Assembly (NCBI GenBank): GCA_051652765.1
Contig: JBOFUV010000156.1
Span: forward strand, 1-15,573
From: Microcoleaceae cyanobacterium
GTDB taxonomy: Bacteria > Cyanobacteriota > Cyanobacteriia > Cyanobacteriales > Microcoleaceae
Reading direction: 5' to 3'
Length of the DNA stretch: 15,573 nt
Position numbers and translations under genes: made by a program. The notes beneath the pieces were generated by a model. That model was not told the DNA's origin. It ran no database searches and worked only from the letters and a program-made list of their open reading frames with translations. Shown in pieces: positions 15,390 through 15,573 of this stretch; the first letter of the stretch is position 1, and each line of letters opens with the position of its first letter.

Positions 15390-15572
15390 TTAATCAGGAA
15401 CATGAATGAGACGATTCTCGATCTCCTGACCACCAGAGGTGAAAATTTGTAAGCGAATGACCTCTGAATCACTGGGTCGCCAAGCAACTTGATATCGACG
15501 ACTGCTGTTTTCCCATGTATAAATCCGGCGTTCGTTAGTCCCAGAAAGGGTTGCTCCGCTCAAAGATATAGG
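15390..15572 (-). CDS. 3' end of a hypothetical protein (start beyond window)
   Basis: Open frame PISLSGATLSGTNERRIYTWENSSRRYQVAWRPSDSEVIRLQIFTSGGQEIENRLIHVPD*; resembles a cyanobacterial hypothetical family (recalled). Confidence 0.65.
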   Translation of the reverse strand, partial: PISLSGATLSGTNERRIYTWENSSRRYQVAWRPSDSEVIRLQIFTSGGQEIENRLIHVPD

Positions 15573-15573
15573 C

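Overview
Cyanobacterial chromosomal window (at least 11 HIP1 GCGATCGC octamers). The left half (1-8007) is housekeeping-type: a UPF0182 membrane protein (minus strand, runs off the window), ilvE, YqhA, a CDF zinc transporter, an acyltransferase and a rhomboid protease. The right half (about 7990-15573) is a run of short, unrelated, co-oriented minus-strand genes separated by eight 86-96 bp imperfect palindromes with integron attC architecture (R''/L''/L'/R' boxes, extrahelical bases). I read this as an integron gene-cassette array with no intI or attI inside the window. Cargo includes a class D beta-lactamase, a hydrolase closely resembling the class 1 integron cassette protein EstX, an HNH pair, SnoaL-like, frameshifted TMEM175 and DUF5996 genes, tiny ORF-less cassettes, and a PIN toxin-antitoxin pair at the right edge. 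The attC sites share atypical features, and four of eight have lost the crossover triplet. Family assignments come from motif recognition, not database searches.
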